Below, in pieces: positions 27,059 to 37,237 of a DNA stretch of 64,000 nucleotides. A model generated the notes under the pieces. The model saw nothing but the letters and a program-made list of their open reading frames with translations, made no database searches and was not told the DNA's origin. Position 1 is the first letter of the stretch; every line of letters begins with the position of its first letter. Position numbers and translations under genes: made by a program. The stretch comes from an uncultured Gemmatimonadales bacterium. GTDB lineage: Bacteria > Gemmatimonadota > Gemmatimonadetes > Longimicrobiales > RSA9. The stretch lies in the NCBI GenBank assembly GCA_963798845.1, contig CAWCUS010000002.1, forward strand, positions 288,001-352,000, read 5' to 3'.

Positions 27059-29197
27059 TTATCGACGAACGTCCTCGTTTGCGTCGCTTTCCCGGCGAAC
27101 GAGCTTGCCCGTGATCAGCTCCTCGACGATGCGATCGGCGTCGTACACGTCGTCGAGGGCTTCCGTGATCGCGCGCACGTCCACCATGATGTTCCGCCCC
27201 CGTTGCGGGAGGTAGATGAAGTCCCGGGACAGCCCCTCGATGTTGCGGTCGAAGTTCAGCCCCACCATCTCCACCGACGGCGTGATGGCCGGTGACCCCG
27301 AGTTGCCGCCGTACGTGTCGGCTGTCGAAATGAAATCGAGCGGCGTGTTCAGGTCCAGGCCGGCGGGCGGCGGGAGCCAGCGATCCGGCAGGTTCCAGTC
27401 GGAGTCGCGCCCGTATGACCACAGGTGGTCGTACATCCCGTAAAACGTGGTGTAGACCGGCGCCACAGTGCCGTTGTACTCGTACGGCAGCACCACGCCG
27501 TCGGTGATACGGGGGGAAGAGGTCGCGTCGGGCGGCACACTCGTCCCGTAAACCCCGAAGCGCGCCCGACCCAGCTCCGCGGCCAGCTCGTCCTCCCGAT
27601 CCGAAAGCCGACGCCACGCGTCCTGGTAGGCGTCGAAGCGCGGCAGGATCGCCTGGGCCAGCTGGACCGCGGGATCCTGAGATGGCTTCCCCGACTCCAG
27701 CAGCGCCGCCGTCATCCCCCTGTCCGAGAGCTGGCTCCCCTCCAGCAGCGTGGTCGCCGCCTCCTCCGGGTTCATCTCTCCGAGCGCCTGCGTGGCCAGG
27801 GGATCGTCCGCGCCGAGATAGCGCTCGAAGTCGGCCAGTCGCAGCGACAGCAGTGCGTGCTCCAGCTGCTCCGGCAGGTCCTCGACCTCCACCGCGCGCC
27901 GCTTCAGCACGGCTGCCTGCTCCGCGTCACCGGCCGCCTGCGCCTTCAGCATCTGGGCCGCGAAGAGCGCGCGCAACAGCGTAGCCGAAGAGGAGCGCGG
28001 ACTCCCGAAGAGCCGGAACGCGCCGTACGGAGCTGACAGGTCCCGCTTCTCCGCCTGCAGCGATGCGATCCGCTCGACCACGTCGCCGTATTGCCGGCTC
28101 AGCTCGGGATCCGCCGCGATAGAGTCGAGGAAGCGCTCCTCCGCGATCCGCTTCCGCGTCATGATCTCGGGCGTGCGGAGCGCGCCTAGCCGCCCCGCGT
28201 ATGCCTTCTGGGAGTTGCTCAGCCCGAACATCACGTTGCGCAGGTCCATGGCCTCCCCCGCCGCAGGATCGGCGTCGTAGAACGCGTGCATCGCCTCCAG
28301 CCGGTCGTCCAGCGCCCTCACGGTGTACGGGGTGACCACGTCGCGGCTGAACGCCAGCTGCGCCATCGTCAGGAGCCGGCTCGTGGGGCCGGGATTCCCC
28401 ACGACGAACACCACGCTCCCTTCCTGCACCCCCTCCAGGCTCCACCCCAGGTGCTGCTCGCTCTGGAACGGCTTCCCTTCATCGTCGTAGACGCGCAGGA
28501 AGGCGAAGTCGAGGGCGTAGCGCGGATACGTGAAGTTGTCCGCGTCGCCGCCGAAAAAGCCCATCTGGAGCTCCACGGCCGCCACCAGCCGCACGTCCGT
28601 GAACCGGTGGAAGACGTAAGCGGAGTAGCGGCCGCCATGGTACAGGGCACGCACCTCCACGTGCACGTCCCCGTGCTCCTGCTGCAGACGCCGCTGCACG
28701 CGGGCGACGGCCGAGTCCCTGGCCGCCGCCTTCGCCTCCGTCCCCGCCGCCGCGTCCACCGCGGACAGCACCTCCTCGCTCACGTCCTCCACGCCGATGA
28801 GCCGGTCCGCGTAGTACCCCGGAATGCGACGCTCCTCGTCCAGCGTCGGGGCGTAGAAGCCGTTGTCCAGCAGCGATTCCCCCTCCCGCTGCACAGACTG
28901 CAGTCGGCCGCGGACGCAGTGGTGGTTCGTCGCGACCAGGCCGTTGGGAGACACGAATGAGGCCGAGCAACCGGGGATGCGGAGCACGCTCATCCGCACC
29001 CGGTCGAACCACGCCTGGTCCGCCTGGAAGCCGTAGGTCCGGGTGAAGTACTCCGTCGGCGGGTACTCGTACGTCCACATCTTCCCGAAATCGTACGGTC
29101 CTGGGATCGTGTCGATGTCCGCCGTCTGGGCAGCTGCCGGGGCGACGAAGCAGAGCAGGGCCGGGACCAGCCATCGGCCGGTGGCGCGCGAGAACAT
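27059..29197 (-). CDS. S46 family dipeptidyl peptidase (DPP11-like)
   Basis: Signal peptide; G.MW, CSASFVS..GL..TNHHC, DF.FLR.Y, GGNSGSP, FDRN. Confidence 0.92.
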   Translation of the reverse strand: MFSRATGRWLVPALLCFVAPAAAQTADIDTIPGPYDFGKMWTYEYPPTEYFTRTYGFQADQAWFDRVRMSVLRIPGCSASFVSPNGLVATNHHCVRGRLQSVQREGESLLDNGFYAPTLDEERRIPGYYADRLIGVEDVSEEVLSAVDAAAGTEAKAAARDSAVARVQRRLQQEHGDVHVEVRALYHGGRYSAYVFHRFTDVRLVAAVELQMGFFGGDADNFTYPRYALDFAFLRVYDDEGKPFQSEQHLGWSLEGVQEGSVVFVVGNPGPTSRLLTMAQLAFSRDVVTPYTVRALDDRLEAMHAFYDADPAAGEAMDLRNVMFGLSNSQKAYAGRLGALRTPEIMTRKRIAEERFLDSIAADPELSRQYGDVVERIASLQAEKRDLSAPYGAFRLFGSPRSSSATLLRALFAAQMLKAQAAGDAEQAAVLKRRAVEVEDLPEQLEHALLSLRLADFERYLGADDPLATQALGEMNPEEAATTLLEGSQLSDRGMTAALLESGKPSQDPAVQLAQAILPRFDAYQDAWRRLSDREDELAAELGRARFGVYGTSVPPDATSSPRITDGVVLPYEYNGTVAPVYTTFYGMYDHLWSYGRDSDWNLPDRWLPPPAGLDLNTPLDFISTADTYGGNSGSPAITPSVEMVGLNFDRNIEGLSRDFIYLPQRGRNIMVDVRAITEALDDVYDADRIVEELITGKLVRRESDANEDVRR

Positions 29198-29415
29198 GGC
29201 GTATTTCCGTTGTGTTCGTGACGGGGATGCGAGGGTTCGCAGGTTAGGTTGCCGACCCGGTTGCGCGCGCGCAAGGAGAGTCCGGCCAGGGCGAGGGGTG
29301 CGGGCTCATCCGCTTTCCCGAGGACGTGGACGCCGGCAGGACGCCGCAGCGGCGTCCCGGCAGCCCTCCACCGCACGGTTGCGCCGACGCCGACCGCCGC
29401 CGAAACTCCACCTTC

Positions 29416-31290
29416 ATGCGCCTTGCCCCCCTCGACTGGCTCATTGTCGCTCTCTACTTCGCCGCCGCGCTGGCCATCGGGTTGTGGGCGGCGCGGCGGG
29501 CCGGGCGGGACACGGGCGAGTTCTTCCTTTCCGGCCGCAGCATGCCGTGGTGGCTGCTGGGCACCTCCATGGTCGCCACCACCTTCTCCACGGACACGCC
29601 CAACCTGGTCACCGATATCGTGCGCCAGGACGGCGTCTCGGGGAACTGGGTGTGGTGGGCGTTCCTGGTCACCGGAATGCTCACGGTGTTCGTGTACGCC
29701 AAGCTGTGGCGGCGTGCCGGCGTGATGACGGACCTGGAGTTCTACGAGATCCGCTACGGAGGCGCCCCCGCAGCGTTCCTGCGCGGCTTCCGTGCGCTCT
29801 ATCTGGGCGTGTTCTTCAACGTCATGATCATGGCCACCGTGTCGCTCGCGGCCGTGAAGATCGGGCGCGTCCTGCTGGGCGTCTCTCCTCTCGTGACGCT
29901 GGTCGTCGCGGGAGGCGTGACCGTGCTGTTCAGCGCGCTGGGCGGGCTGACGGGCGTGCTGCTCACGGACTTCCTCCTCTTCCTCACGGCCATGGCCGGG
30001 TCGGTGGCTGCGGCGGTCGTCGCCGTGGGACTGCCGCAGGTGGGTGGGCTGCACGGGCTGTTCTCGAACCCGGCCGTGTCCACGCGGCTCGCCATCCTTC
30101 CCGACTTCCACGACCCGGCCGCGTTCGTCCCGCTCTTCGTCATCCCGCTGGCCGTGCAGTGGTGGAGCGTCTGGTACCCCGGCGCGGAGCCCGGCGGCGG
30201 CGGCTACATCGCGCAGCGGATGCTGTCGGCCCGCGACGAGACCGACGCCACCGCGGCCACGCTCTTCTTCAACGTGGCCCACTATGCCCTGCGGCCGTGG
30301 CCGTGGATCCTGGTCGGGCTCGCCTCGCTCGTGGTGTTCCCCACGCTGGACTCCATCCAGCAGGCGTTCCCGGCCATCGAGCCCGGGATCCTGGGCCATG
30401 ACCTGGGCTACCCGGCCATGCTCACTTTCCTCCCGGCCGGGCTGCTGGGGCTGGTGGTGGCGTCGCTGGCAGCGGCGTACATGTCCACCATGTCCACGCA
30501 CCTGAACTGGGGCTCCAGCTACGTGGTCAACGACTTCTGGCGCCGCTTCCTCGACCCGGACGCCAGCGAGGGGCGCCTGGTCACGGTGGGGCGGGCGACG
30601 ACGGTCGTCCTGATGGTCCTCGCGGCCGCGCTCACCCTCTGGCTCCAGAACGCGTACCGGGCGTTCCAGATCCTGCTCCAGGTCGGCGCCGGGACGGGGC
30701 TCCTCTTCATACTCCGCTGGTTCTGGTGGCGGATCAACGCGTACAGCGAGATCACCGCGATGGTGGTCAGCTTCGCCGTAGCGCTCTGGTTCGAGATCCT
30801 CCAGCCACGGCTCATCCCCGGGCTGGTCGTGGCGCCATCGCTGAAGCTGGTGGCGGGCGTCCTCATCACCACGGCCGCCTGGGTGCTCGTGACCTTCGCC
30901 ACCGCCCCCACCGACGACGCAACCCTCCGCCGCTTCTACCGTCTGGCCCGGCCCGGCGGCCCCGGCTGGCGACGCGTGGCCGAGCGGTCGGCCGCAGCGG
31001 GCGAGGCGATGCCCGATCCGGCCGGCGACTGGACGGTGCCACGCGGCATCCTGGCCATGGTGGCCGGGTGCCTGACCGTTTACGCCGCGCTCTTCGCCGT
31101 CGGCTACTGGATCTACGGCCGCTTCGCCATCGCAGGAGGGCTCACCGTCGTCGCGGTGACGGGCGCGATCGTGCTGGCGCGCATCTGGGGGTCGGTGGCC
31201 GGACGCGCTGGCGGTCCTGGTGGAGGGGGCGCCTCGCCGCCAGGTGACGCAGCGACGGCGCCCGGCTCCGACGGGAGCGGCGGCCCGTGA
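29416..31290 (+). CDS. Sodium:solute symporter family protein
   Basis: FFLSGR.MPWW, SMVATTFSTDTP, GGYIAQRM, AAYMST; about 13-14 TM helices. Confidence 0.9.
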   Translation: MRLAPLDWLIVALYFAAALAIGLWAARRAGRDTGEFFLSGRSMPWWLLGTSMVATTFSTDTPNLVTDIVRQDGVSGNWVWWAFLVTGMLTVFVYAKLWRRAGVMTDLEFYEIRYGGAPAAFLRGFRALYLGVFFNVMIMATVSLAAVKIGRVLLGVSPLVTLVVAGGVTVLFSALGGLTGVLLTDFLLFLTAMAGSVAAAVVAVGLPQVGGLHGLFSNPAVSTRLAILPDFHDPAAFVPLFVIPLAVQWWSVWYPGAEPGGGGYIAQRMLSARDETDATAATLFFNVAHYALRPWPWILVGLASLVVFPTLDSIQQAFPAIEPGILGHDLGYPAMLTFLPAGLLGLVVASLAAAYMSTMSTHLNWGSSYVVNDFWRRFLDPDASEGRLVTVGRATTVVLMVLAAALTLWLQNAYRAFQILLQVGAGTGLLFILRWFWWRINAYSEITAMVVSFAVALWFEILQPRLIPGLVVAPSLKLVAGVLITTAAWVLVTFATAPTDDATLRRFYRLARPGGPGWRRVAERSAAAGEAMPDPAGDWTVPRGILAMVAGCLTVYAALFAVGYWIYGRFAIAGGLTVVAVTGAIVLARIWGSVAGRAGGPGGGGASPPGDAATAPGSDGSGGP

Positions 31291-32138
31291 ACCCTGTCGC
31301 GGTGGTGCTCGCCGCGGGCCGGGGCACGCGCATGCGGAGAGCGGCCGACGTCCCGCTCACGCCGGAGCAGACGGCGGCCGCCGACCGGGGCCTGAAGACC
31401 CTGGTGCCGATCCGCGGCCGACCGTTCCTCGCGTATGTCCTCGACGAGCTCGCCGCCGCGGGCTTCGAGGAGGCGTGCCTCGTGGTCGGGCCGGGCGAAC
31501 GGACCGTGGACGGCGGGCCCGGCCCTGCACGCGGTGAGGGTGACCCCGTGCGCGCAGCCGCGGTAGCGCTGGACGCGCCGCTCCGCCTCCGCTTCGCGGT
31601 ACAGGCTGAGCCCAGGGGCGGCGCGGACGCGGTGCTCGCCTCGGAGCCCGTGGTGGGCGAGTCGCCCTTCGTCGTCATCAACGCGGACAACCTCTACCCC
31701 GCCGGCGTGCTCCGGGCGCTCCGCGAGCTGGCCGGGCCCGGGCTCGCGGCATTCGACCGGGAAGTGCTGATCCGGGAGTCCAACATCCCGCCGGAGCGGG
31801 TGGCGGCGTTTGCGCTGATCGAGGAGCGGGACGGCCTGCTCGTGCGCATCATCGAGAAGCCGCCCGCCGATGTGGCAGCCCGGATGACGGGTGCGGCCGT
31901 GAGCATGACGGCGTGGCGCTTCGACCCGGACATTTTCGCCGCCTGCCGCAACGTCGAGCCGTCGCCACGCGGGGAGCTGGAGCTGCCGGATGCGGTTGCG
32001 CTGGCCATGTCGCGCGGGACCCGGTTCCGGGTGGTCCCGGTTCGCGCGGGCGTGCTCGACATCTCCCGGCGCGAGGACATCCCCGCGCTCGAGCGCGTGC
32101 TGGCCGGCGCCACCGGCGCGTGGAAGGAACCCGGCTGA
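31287..32138 (+). CDS. Sugar-1-phosphate nucleotidyltransferase
   Basis: LAAGRGTRM, K.LVPI, Q.EP.G.ADA, NADN, EKP, RGELEL. Confidence 0.85.
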   Translation: MNPVAVVLAAGRGTRMRRAADVPLTPEQTAAADRGLKTLVPIRGRPFLAYVLDELAAAGFEEACLVVGPGERTVDGGPGPARGEGDPVRAAAVALDAPLRLRFAVQAEPRGGADAVLASEPVVGESPFVVINADNLYPAGVLRALRELAGPGLAAFDREVLIRESNIPPERVAAFALIEERDGLLVRIIEKPPADVAARMTGAAVSMTAWRFDPDIFAACRNVEPSPRGELELPDAVALAMSRGTRFRVVPVRAGVLDISRREDIPALERVLAGATGAWKEPG

Positions 32139-33556
32139 GCGCGCGACTGTTCGTCCCCGGCCGCATCGAAGTCCTGGGGAAGCACACCGACTACGCCGGC
32201 GGCGCGGCGCTGCTGGCGGCCGTGGACCGCGGCTTCACCTTCGAGGCGGACCCCGCGGATGACGGCGAGGTGGTGGTCCGTTCGGAGGACAGCGGGGAAG
32301 AAGTCCGACGGGTGTTGAGCCGGCGCGGCGTCTGGACGCCAGCCGCTCATGCCGCTCCCGGCGCGGACCCCGGCCCGGTCGTGACCGCCGGGACCGCCCG
32401 CGCCGGCCGCTCGGCGGGCCCGGACCCCGGGTGGTCCAGGTACGTGGACGCCGTCCTGTCCCGCGCCCCGGACGTCCTCAGCGGCTCGCTCCGGGGCGCC
32501 CGGCTCCGGTTCCGCTCGACGCTGCCGCCGGCGGCCGGATTGAGCAGCTCGAGCGCGCTGGTCACCGGCGTGTTCCTCGCCCTCTACGCCGTCTGCGACG
32601 GCGCCGACGGCGCGCCCGACCCGCCCGACCCGGCCGCGCCGGCCGGGGCGTCGGCGCGGTCCGCCCCATCCGGCCCACGCGCCTTCTCGGACCGCGAAGC
32701 GGTGGCGGCGTGGCTCTCGGACGTTGAGAGGGGAAGGGACGTGGGAACGCGCGGGGGGAGCGAGGACCACGTGGCTATCCTCTGCGCACGGGGGGGCGAG
32801 GTCGTGCGCTACAGGCTCGCGCCGGTGCGATTCCGGGGCAGCGCGCCCGTGCCGGACGGGTGGATCTTCGCCGTTGGGACGAGCGGCGTGGCCGCGGAGA
32901 AGGGCGCGGCGGCCCGCGCCCGCTTCAACCGCCTGAGCGACCTGGCTGCGGACGCCGCTCGCGCCTGGGCCGTCGGGAGTGGCCGCGCGGATCCGGACCC
33001 GGGCCACCCGGGCCGCCCGGTCGGCCCGGCCGGTCCGGCGCCCGACAGCTACCCGATCCTCGGCCAGGCGCTGCACGCGGGCGGGGGCACAGCGCCCGTT
33101 CTGGGCGAGGCGCTCGACGCGGGGGAGGCCGCGGCGACGGTGCTGGAGGGGATCCGGGCGGGAGCGCCGCGGCTCGGGCTCGATCCGGGGCCGCTCCTGC
33201 GCCGCGCCGGCCACTTCATGGAGGAGGTGGCGCTGGTGGACGACGCGCTGCGCGCCCTCCGGGCCGGGGACGTGGCGGCGTTTGCCGACGCCGCGAACCA
33301 CTCCGCCGCCGTGGGCGCGGCCTTGCTGGAGAACCAGGTGCCCGAAACCCTGGCGTTGGCCCGGGCGGCGCGGAGCCTGGGCGCCCCGGCCTCATCTCCA
33401 TTCGGCGCCGGCTTCGGCGGTGCGGTCTGGGCCCTCGTGCAGCGCCCGGACGCCGCGGCCTTCCTCGCCTCCTGGGAGCGCGCCTACAGGAACGCCTTCC
33501 CCGGCCGGGTCGGCGCTACGTTCTTCGTTTCGCCTGCAGCGGCGCCCGCGGGCTGA
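32135..33556 (+). CDS. Galactokinase-like GHMP sugar kinase (start CTG 32135 or GTG 32120)
   Basis: PGRIEVLGKHTDY, PPAAGLSSSSA, GGSEDH, FGAGFGG. Confidence 0.8.
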   Translation: MSARLFVPGRIEVLGKHTDYAGGAALLAAVDRGFTFEADPADDGEVVVRSEDSGEEVRRVLSRRGVWTPAAHAAPGADPGPVVTAGTARAGRSAGPDPGWSRYVDAVLSRAPDVLSGSLRGARLRFRSTLPPAAGLSSSSALVTGVFLALYAVCDGADGAPDPPDPAAPAGASARSAPSGPRAFSDREAVAAWLSDVERGRDVGTRGGSEDHVAILCARGGEVVRYRLAPVRFRGSAPVPDGWIFAVGTSGVAAEKGAAARARFNRLSDLAADAARAWAVGSGRADPDPGHPGRPVGPAGPAPDSYPILGQALHAGGGTAPVLGEALDAGEAAATVLEGIRAGAPRLGLDPGPLLRRAGHFMEEVALVDDALRALRAGDVAAFADAANHSAAVGAALLENQVPETLALARAARSLGAPASSPFGAGFGGAVWALVQRPDAAAFLASWERAYRNAFPGRVGATFFVSPAAAPAG

Positions 33557-33575
33557 CCCGGGGCGCCGTCCGTCC

Positions 33576-34577
33576 TCATCGCGGCAGTGCGCGGATCTCG
33601 ATCCGGTCCTCGCTGAACAGGGGGATCAGCAGGCGTCTCCGACTCCCGTCCCAGCCGATGCCGGCCGGGGACTGGACATCGCTGACGAGCGTGTCCGCGG
33701 GGCCACCGCCGGCCGGGATGCGGAAGACCGCCCGGGCTTCCCAGCTGGACACGAGCAGCGTGCCGTCGTCGAGGCGGATGATGCCGTCGAGCTGCCCGGC
33801 CGGGACCTTCGCCACCTGCGCCGGCGGCGAATTGGCGCCGAGCAGCACCCGGCCCACCTCCGGCGCGCTGAACGTCACGAAGAACAGCGTGTCTCCGTGA
33901 GCCGCGAGACCGTTGGGCGCCTTCAGGTCGGCCCCTTCCGCCACCTTGCGCGGGCCCGTCGGCTCGAGCGCCCAGATGGCGTCCGTGCCCGTGGGGGAGA
34001 GGTCGGAGTCGAGGCCGCTGTCGGAGACGTACACCGTCCCGTCCGGCCCGACGGCCACGCCGTTGAGGAACGTGGCGCCGGGAACGGGGCGGGCGCCGAT
34101 CGGGTCGCCCGTAGCCCGGCTGAACGCCCGCACGGTGTCGATGTCTGCAACGAAGAGCGTGTCCCCTTTCAGCGCCATCCCCTTTGGCGCGTCCAGGCGC
34201 ACGTCCTCCCGCGCACCCGCGTCCACCCATCGCAGGCTCTCGACCGTGCCATCGGGGTTCACCCGCGAGATGAAGCCGTTGTCGTCGTGCTCCACGGCCC
34301 CTCCATTGATGTTCGAGACCAGGTAGACGCCGGCCTGCTCGTCGTACAGAACCGACTCGGGCGTCTGGAAGCCAGCGTCGGCGATCGTGATGGACTGCGC
34401 GCCGGCGGCGCCCGGCGCCGCGGCGGCGTTTTCGCTCGCCCCTCCGCTCCTTCCGGCGGTCTGCCCGGCCCCGTCCGTCGTGCCCCCGGCGTTGCCGCCG
34501 TTGTCACCCCCGCACGCCACCACCGGGAGAGCCAGCGCGATCAGCAGGGCCATACGACTCAGGATTGTCCTCGACAT
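33576..34577 (-). CDS. SMP-30/gluconolactonase-like beta-propeller lipoprotein
   Basis: Lipobox VVAC; TPESV, DDNGFIS, APKGM, FLN, PNGL, LDG; SD AAAGGAG. Confidence 0.8.
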   Translation of the reverse strand: MSRTILSRMALLIALALPVVACGGDNGGNAGGTTDGAGQTAGRSGGASENAAAAPGAAGAQSITIADAGFQTPESVLYDEQAGVYLVSNINGGAVEHDDNGFISRVNPDGTVESLRWVDAGAREDVRLDAPKGMALKGDTLFVADIDTVRAFSRATGDPIGARPVPGATFLNGVAVGPDGTVYVSDSGLDSDLSPTGTDAIWALEPTGPRKVAEGADLKAPNGLAAHGDTLFFVTFSAPEVGRVLLGANSPPAQVAKVPAGQLDGIIRLDDGTLLVSSWEARAVFRIPAGGGPADTLVSDVQSPAGIGWDGSRRRLLIPLFSEDRIEIRALPR

Positions 34578-34718
34578 CGGCACTCCTTTGCTGGAATCGC
34601 TGCCCAACACGCGAGATGCCTGCCGGCGCCGGAATCGCCGGCCGAATCTTCCCTGCGGCTGCGCTCGTAGTGAGCCGGCGACGGCAGCTCGGCGTCCACC
34701 CCCCAGACGGCGGGAACC

Positions 34719-37157
34719 ATGAACGCGCTTCTCCACGACTTGCGCTTCGCACTCCGCATGCTGCGGAAGAACGCCGCCTTCACGGCGGCGGCCGTGCTCA
34801 CGCTGGCCCTGGGAATCGGCCTGAACACGGCAGTCTTCAGCGCCATCTACGCGCTGGTGCTGCGGCCACTCCCCGGGGTCGAGTCGCCGGACCGGCTGGT
34901 TCAGCTCTACCGCCGCTGGTCCGACGACCTGCCCTACGGTGCCAGCTCCATCCCGCACTTCTTCAGCATCAAGGAAGAGAACAGGACGTTCAGCGACGTC
35001 ACCGCATGGACGTTCATCCCGATGAGCCTGAGCGCGAGCGGAGAGAACGAGCGGGTCATCGGGGCGCTGGTCTCGGCGGACTTCTTCCGCGTCTTCGGCG
35101 TACGCGCGGCACTCGGGCGGGACTTCCTGCCGCAGGAGGACGTCGGGGAAGGGGAGCATCCGGTGGTGATCCTCGGCCACGGGCTGTGGGAGCGTCGCTT
35201 CGCCTCGGATCCGGGCATCGTGGGGCGGGACATCACCGTGAGTGGACGGCCTTACCAGGTCGTCGGCGTGGCGCCCGCGGACTTCCGCGGCGCCATGCCG
35301 GCCATCTCGCCGGACCTCTACGCGCCGCTCATGATGCAGCCGGCCCTCATGCCCGGACCCGACCTGGTCCAGCAGCGCGGCTCCAACTTTCTGACCATGG
35401 TGGCCCGCCTGAAGCCCGGCGTCACGGTGGACCAGGCCAGGTCGGCCATGGAAACCCTCGTCGCCGGACTCCGCGAGCGCTTCCCGGACGACTACGAGAA
35501 CAGCGGGATCCTGGTGGTGCCCCAGTCCGACGTGGTGATCCACCCCGGGCTCGGCGATGCCCAGCGCACCATGCCCCTGCTCATGATGGCCGTGGTCGCC
35601 ATGCTCCTGCTCCTGGCCTGCGTCAATGTGGCCAACCTGTTCCTCGCCCGCGCCCGCGACCGGGAGCGCGAGATGGGGATCCGACTGAGCATCGGGGCAG
35701 CGCGCGCCCGGGTGGTCCGGCAGCTCCTGACCGAGGCCCTGCTCTTCTCCTTCGTGGCGGCGCTGGCCGGCCTCGGCCTGGCCTGGATCAGCGTACGTGT
35801 GCTCAACGGGATCCGGCTGCCCACCGACTTCCCCGTGGAGTTCGGCGTCACGCTGAGCGCGCCCGTGCTCCTGTTCACGCTGGCCGCCGCCGTGCTCACG
35901 GGCGTCCTCTTCGGGCTCGCGCCCGCGCTGGTCGCTTCGCGCCCGTCGCTGGTCACGGCGCTCAAGGGCGATGCCGGCCGACGGGGCGTCTCTCGTTCCC
36001 GGGCCACGCGCACCCTCGTGGGCATCCAGGTGGCGCTCTCAATGGTGCTCCTCGTGAGCGCGGGGCTGTTCCTGCACAACCTCCAGCAGGCAACCTCCCT
36101 GGACAAGGGGTTTCAGGCGGACAACCTGCTCCTGGCGGGGATGGACCCGGGGCTGCAGGGGTATCCGCAGTCCCGGAGCGACGCCTTGTTCCACGATCTC
36201 CTCCAGCGTGTCCGGGCGTGGCCGGAAGTGAAGGCAGCGGGGCTGGCGGAGATCGTGCCGATGGGCCTCGGCTCGCAGCAGCGGGGAATCGGTGTGCCGG
36301 GCTATGAGCCTTCGCCCGGCGAGTTCATGTCGATCGATTACAACATCATCAGCGACGGGTACTTCGACGCGATGGGGATTCCGATCCTGCGGGGCCGGGG
36401 CATCGGAGCGCAGGACGACGAGGCCGCGCCGCGCGTGGCCGTGGTGAACGAGCGCTTCGCCTCGCGCTTCTGGCCCGGTGAGGAGGCGGTCGGGAAGCGG
36501 TTCCGGACGGCCGGCGAGGACCACGAGGTCGTCGGCGTGGTGCCAGACGGCAAGTACAGGCGCCTGGGGGAGGACCCGCTCCCCTACATGTACCTGTCTC
36601 TTGCCCAGCACAGCGAGACGGAGCTGGTGCTGCACGTGCGTACGGAAGGGGCTCCCGAGGCGCTGACCCCCCGCCTCCGTTCGCTGGTCCGCGAGCTCGA
36701 CCCCACCCTGCCGCTCTACGACGTCCACACCATGAATGCCCACCTTTCCTATGCCATGCTCCCGGCGCGTGTGGCGGGCATCGTGCTCGGGATCTTCGGT
36801 ATGCTGGGGCTCTTCCTGGCCGCCATCGGCATCTACGGCGTGATGGCGTACTCCGTGGCCCAGCGAACGCGCGAGATCGGCATCCGTGTGGCGCTCGGCG
36901 CAGCCAGTCGGGAGGTGGTCGGGCTCGTCGTCCGGCAGGGGATGATCATCGTGGCCCTCGGCGCGGCCGCCGGTCTCGCGCTCGCCGCGCTGGCCGCCCG
37001 GCTCATCGGGAGGATGCTGTACAGCGGCTCGGGCGCCGATCCGCTCGCTTTCGGCGCCGTTCTGGTCGTCCTCTTCGGCGCCGCGATCCTCGCCACCTAC
37101 CTGCCCGCGCGTCGGGCAGCGGGGGTGGACCCCGTCCGAGCGCTGAAAGCCGAGTAG
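34719..37157 (+). CDS. Duplicated MacB/FtsX-type ABC permease (ADOP-like orphan permease)
   Basis: DLRFALR.L.KN..F, ACVNVANL, REMGIR/REIGIR, PARRAA.VDP..AL; no ATPase gene adjacent. Confidence 0.9.
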   Translation: MNALLHDLRFALRMLRKNAAFTAAAVLTLALGIGLNTAVFSAIYALVLRPLPGVESPDRLVQLYRRWSDDLPYGASSIPHFFSIKEENRTFSDVTAWTFIPMSLSASGENERVIGALVSADFFRVFGVRAALGRDFLPQEDVGEGEHPVVILGHGLWERRFASDPGIVGRDITVSGRPYQVVGVAPADFRGAMPAISPDLYAPLMMQPALMPGPDLVQQRGSNFLTMVARLKPGVTVDQARSAMETLVAGLRERFPDDYENSGILVVPQSDVVIHPGLGDAQRTMPLLMMAVVAMLLLLACVNVANLFLARARDREREMGIRLSIGAARARVVRQLLTEALLFSFVAALAGLGLAWISVRVLNGIRLPTDFPVEFGVTLSAPVLLFTLAAAVLTGVLFGLAPALVASRPSLVTALKGDAGRRGVSRSRATRTLVGIQVALSMVLLVSAGLFLHNLQQATSLDKGFQADNLLLAGMDPGLQGYPQSRSDALFHDLLQRVRAWPEVKAAGLAEIVPMGLGSQQRGIGVPGYEPSPGEFMSIDYNIISDGYFDAMGIPILRGRGIGAQDDEAAPRVAVVNERFASRFWPGEEAVGKRFRTAGEDHEVVGVVPDGKYRRLGEDPLPYMYLSLAQHSETELVLHVRTEGAPEALTPRLRSLVRELDPTLPLYDVHTMNAHLSYAMLPARVAGIVLGIFGMLGLFLAAIGIYGVMAYSVAQRTREIGIRVALGAASREVVGLVVRQGMIIVALGAAAGLALAALAARLIGRMLYSGSGADPLAFGAVLVVLFGAAILATYLPARRAAGVDPVRALKAE

Positions 37158-37237
37158 GCTGGGGCGATTCCGCTGGACGGCAGGTCGCTCGCGCGCATGG
37201 GGAACGCCGGCGTTTCGCGGGGCGGCGGTGTCGCCCG

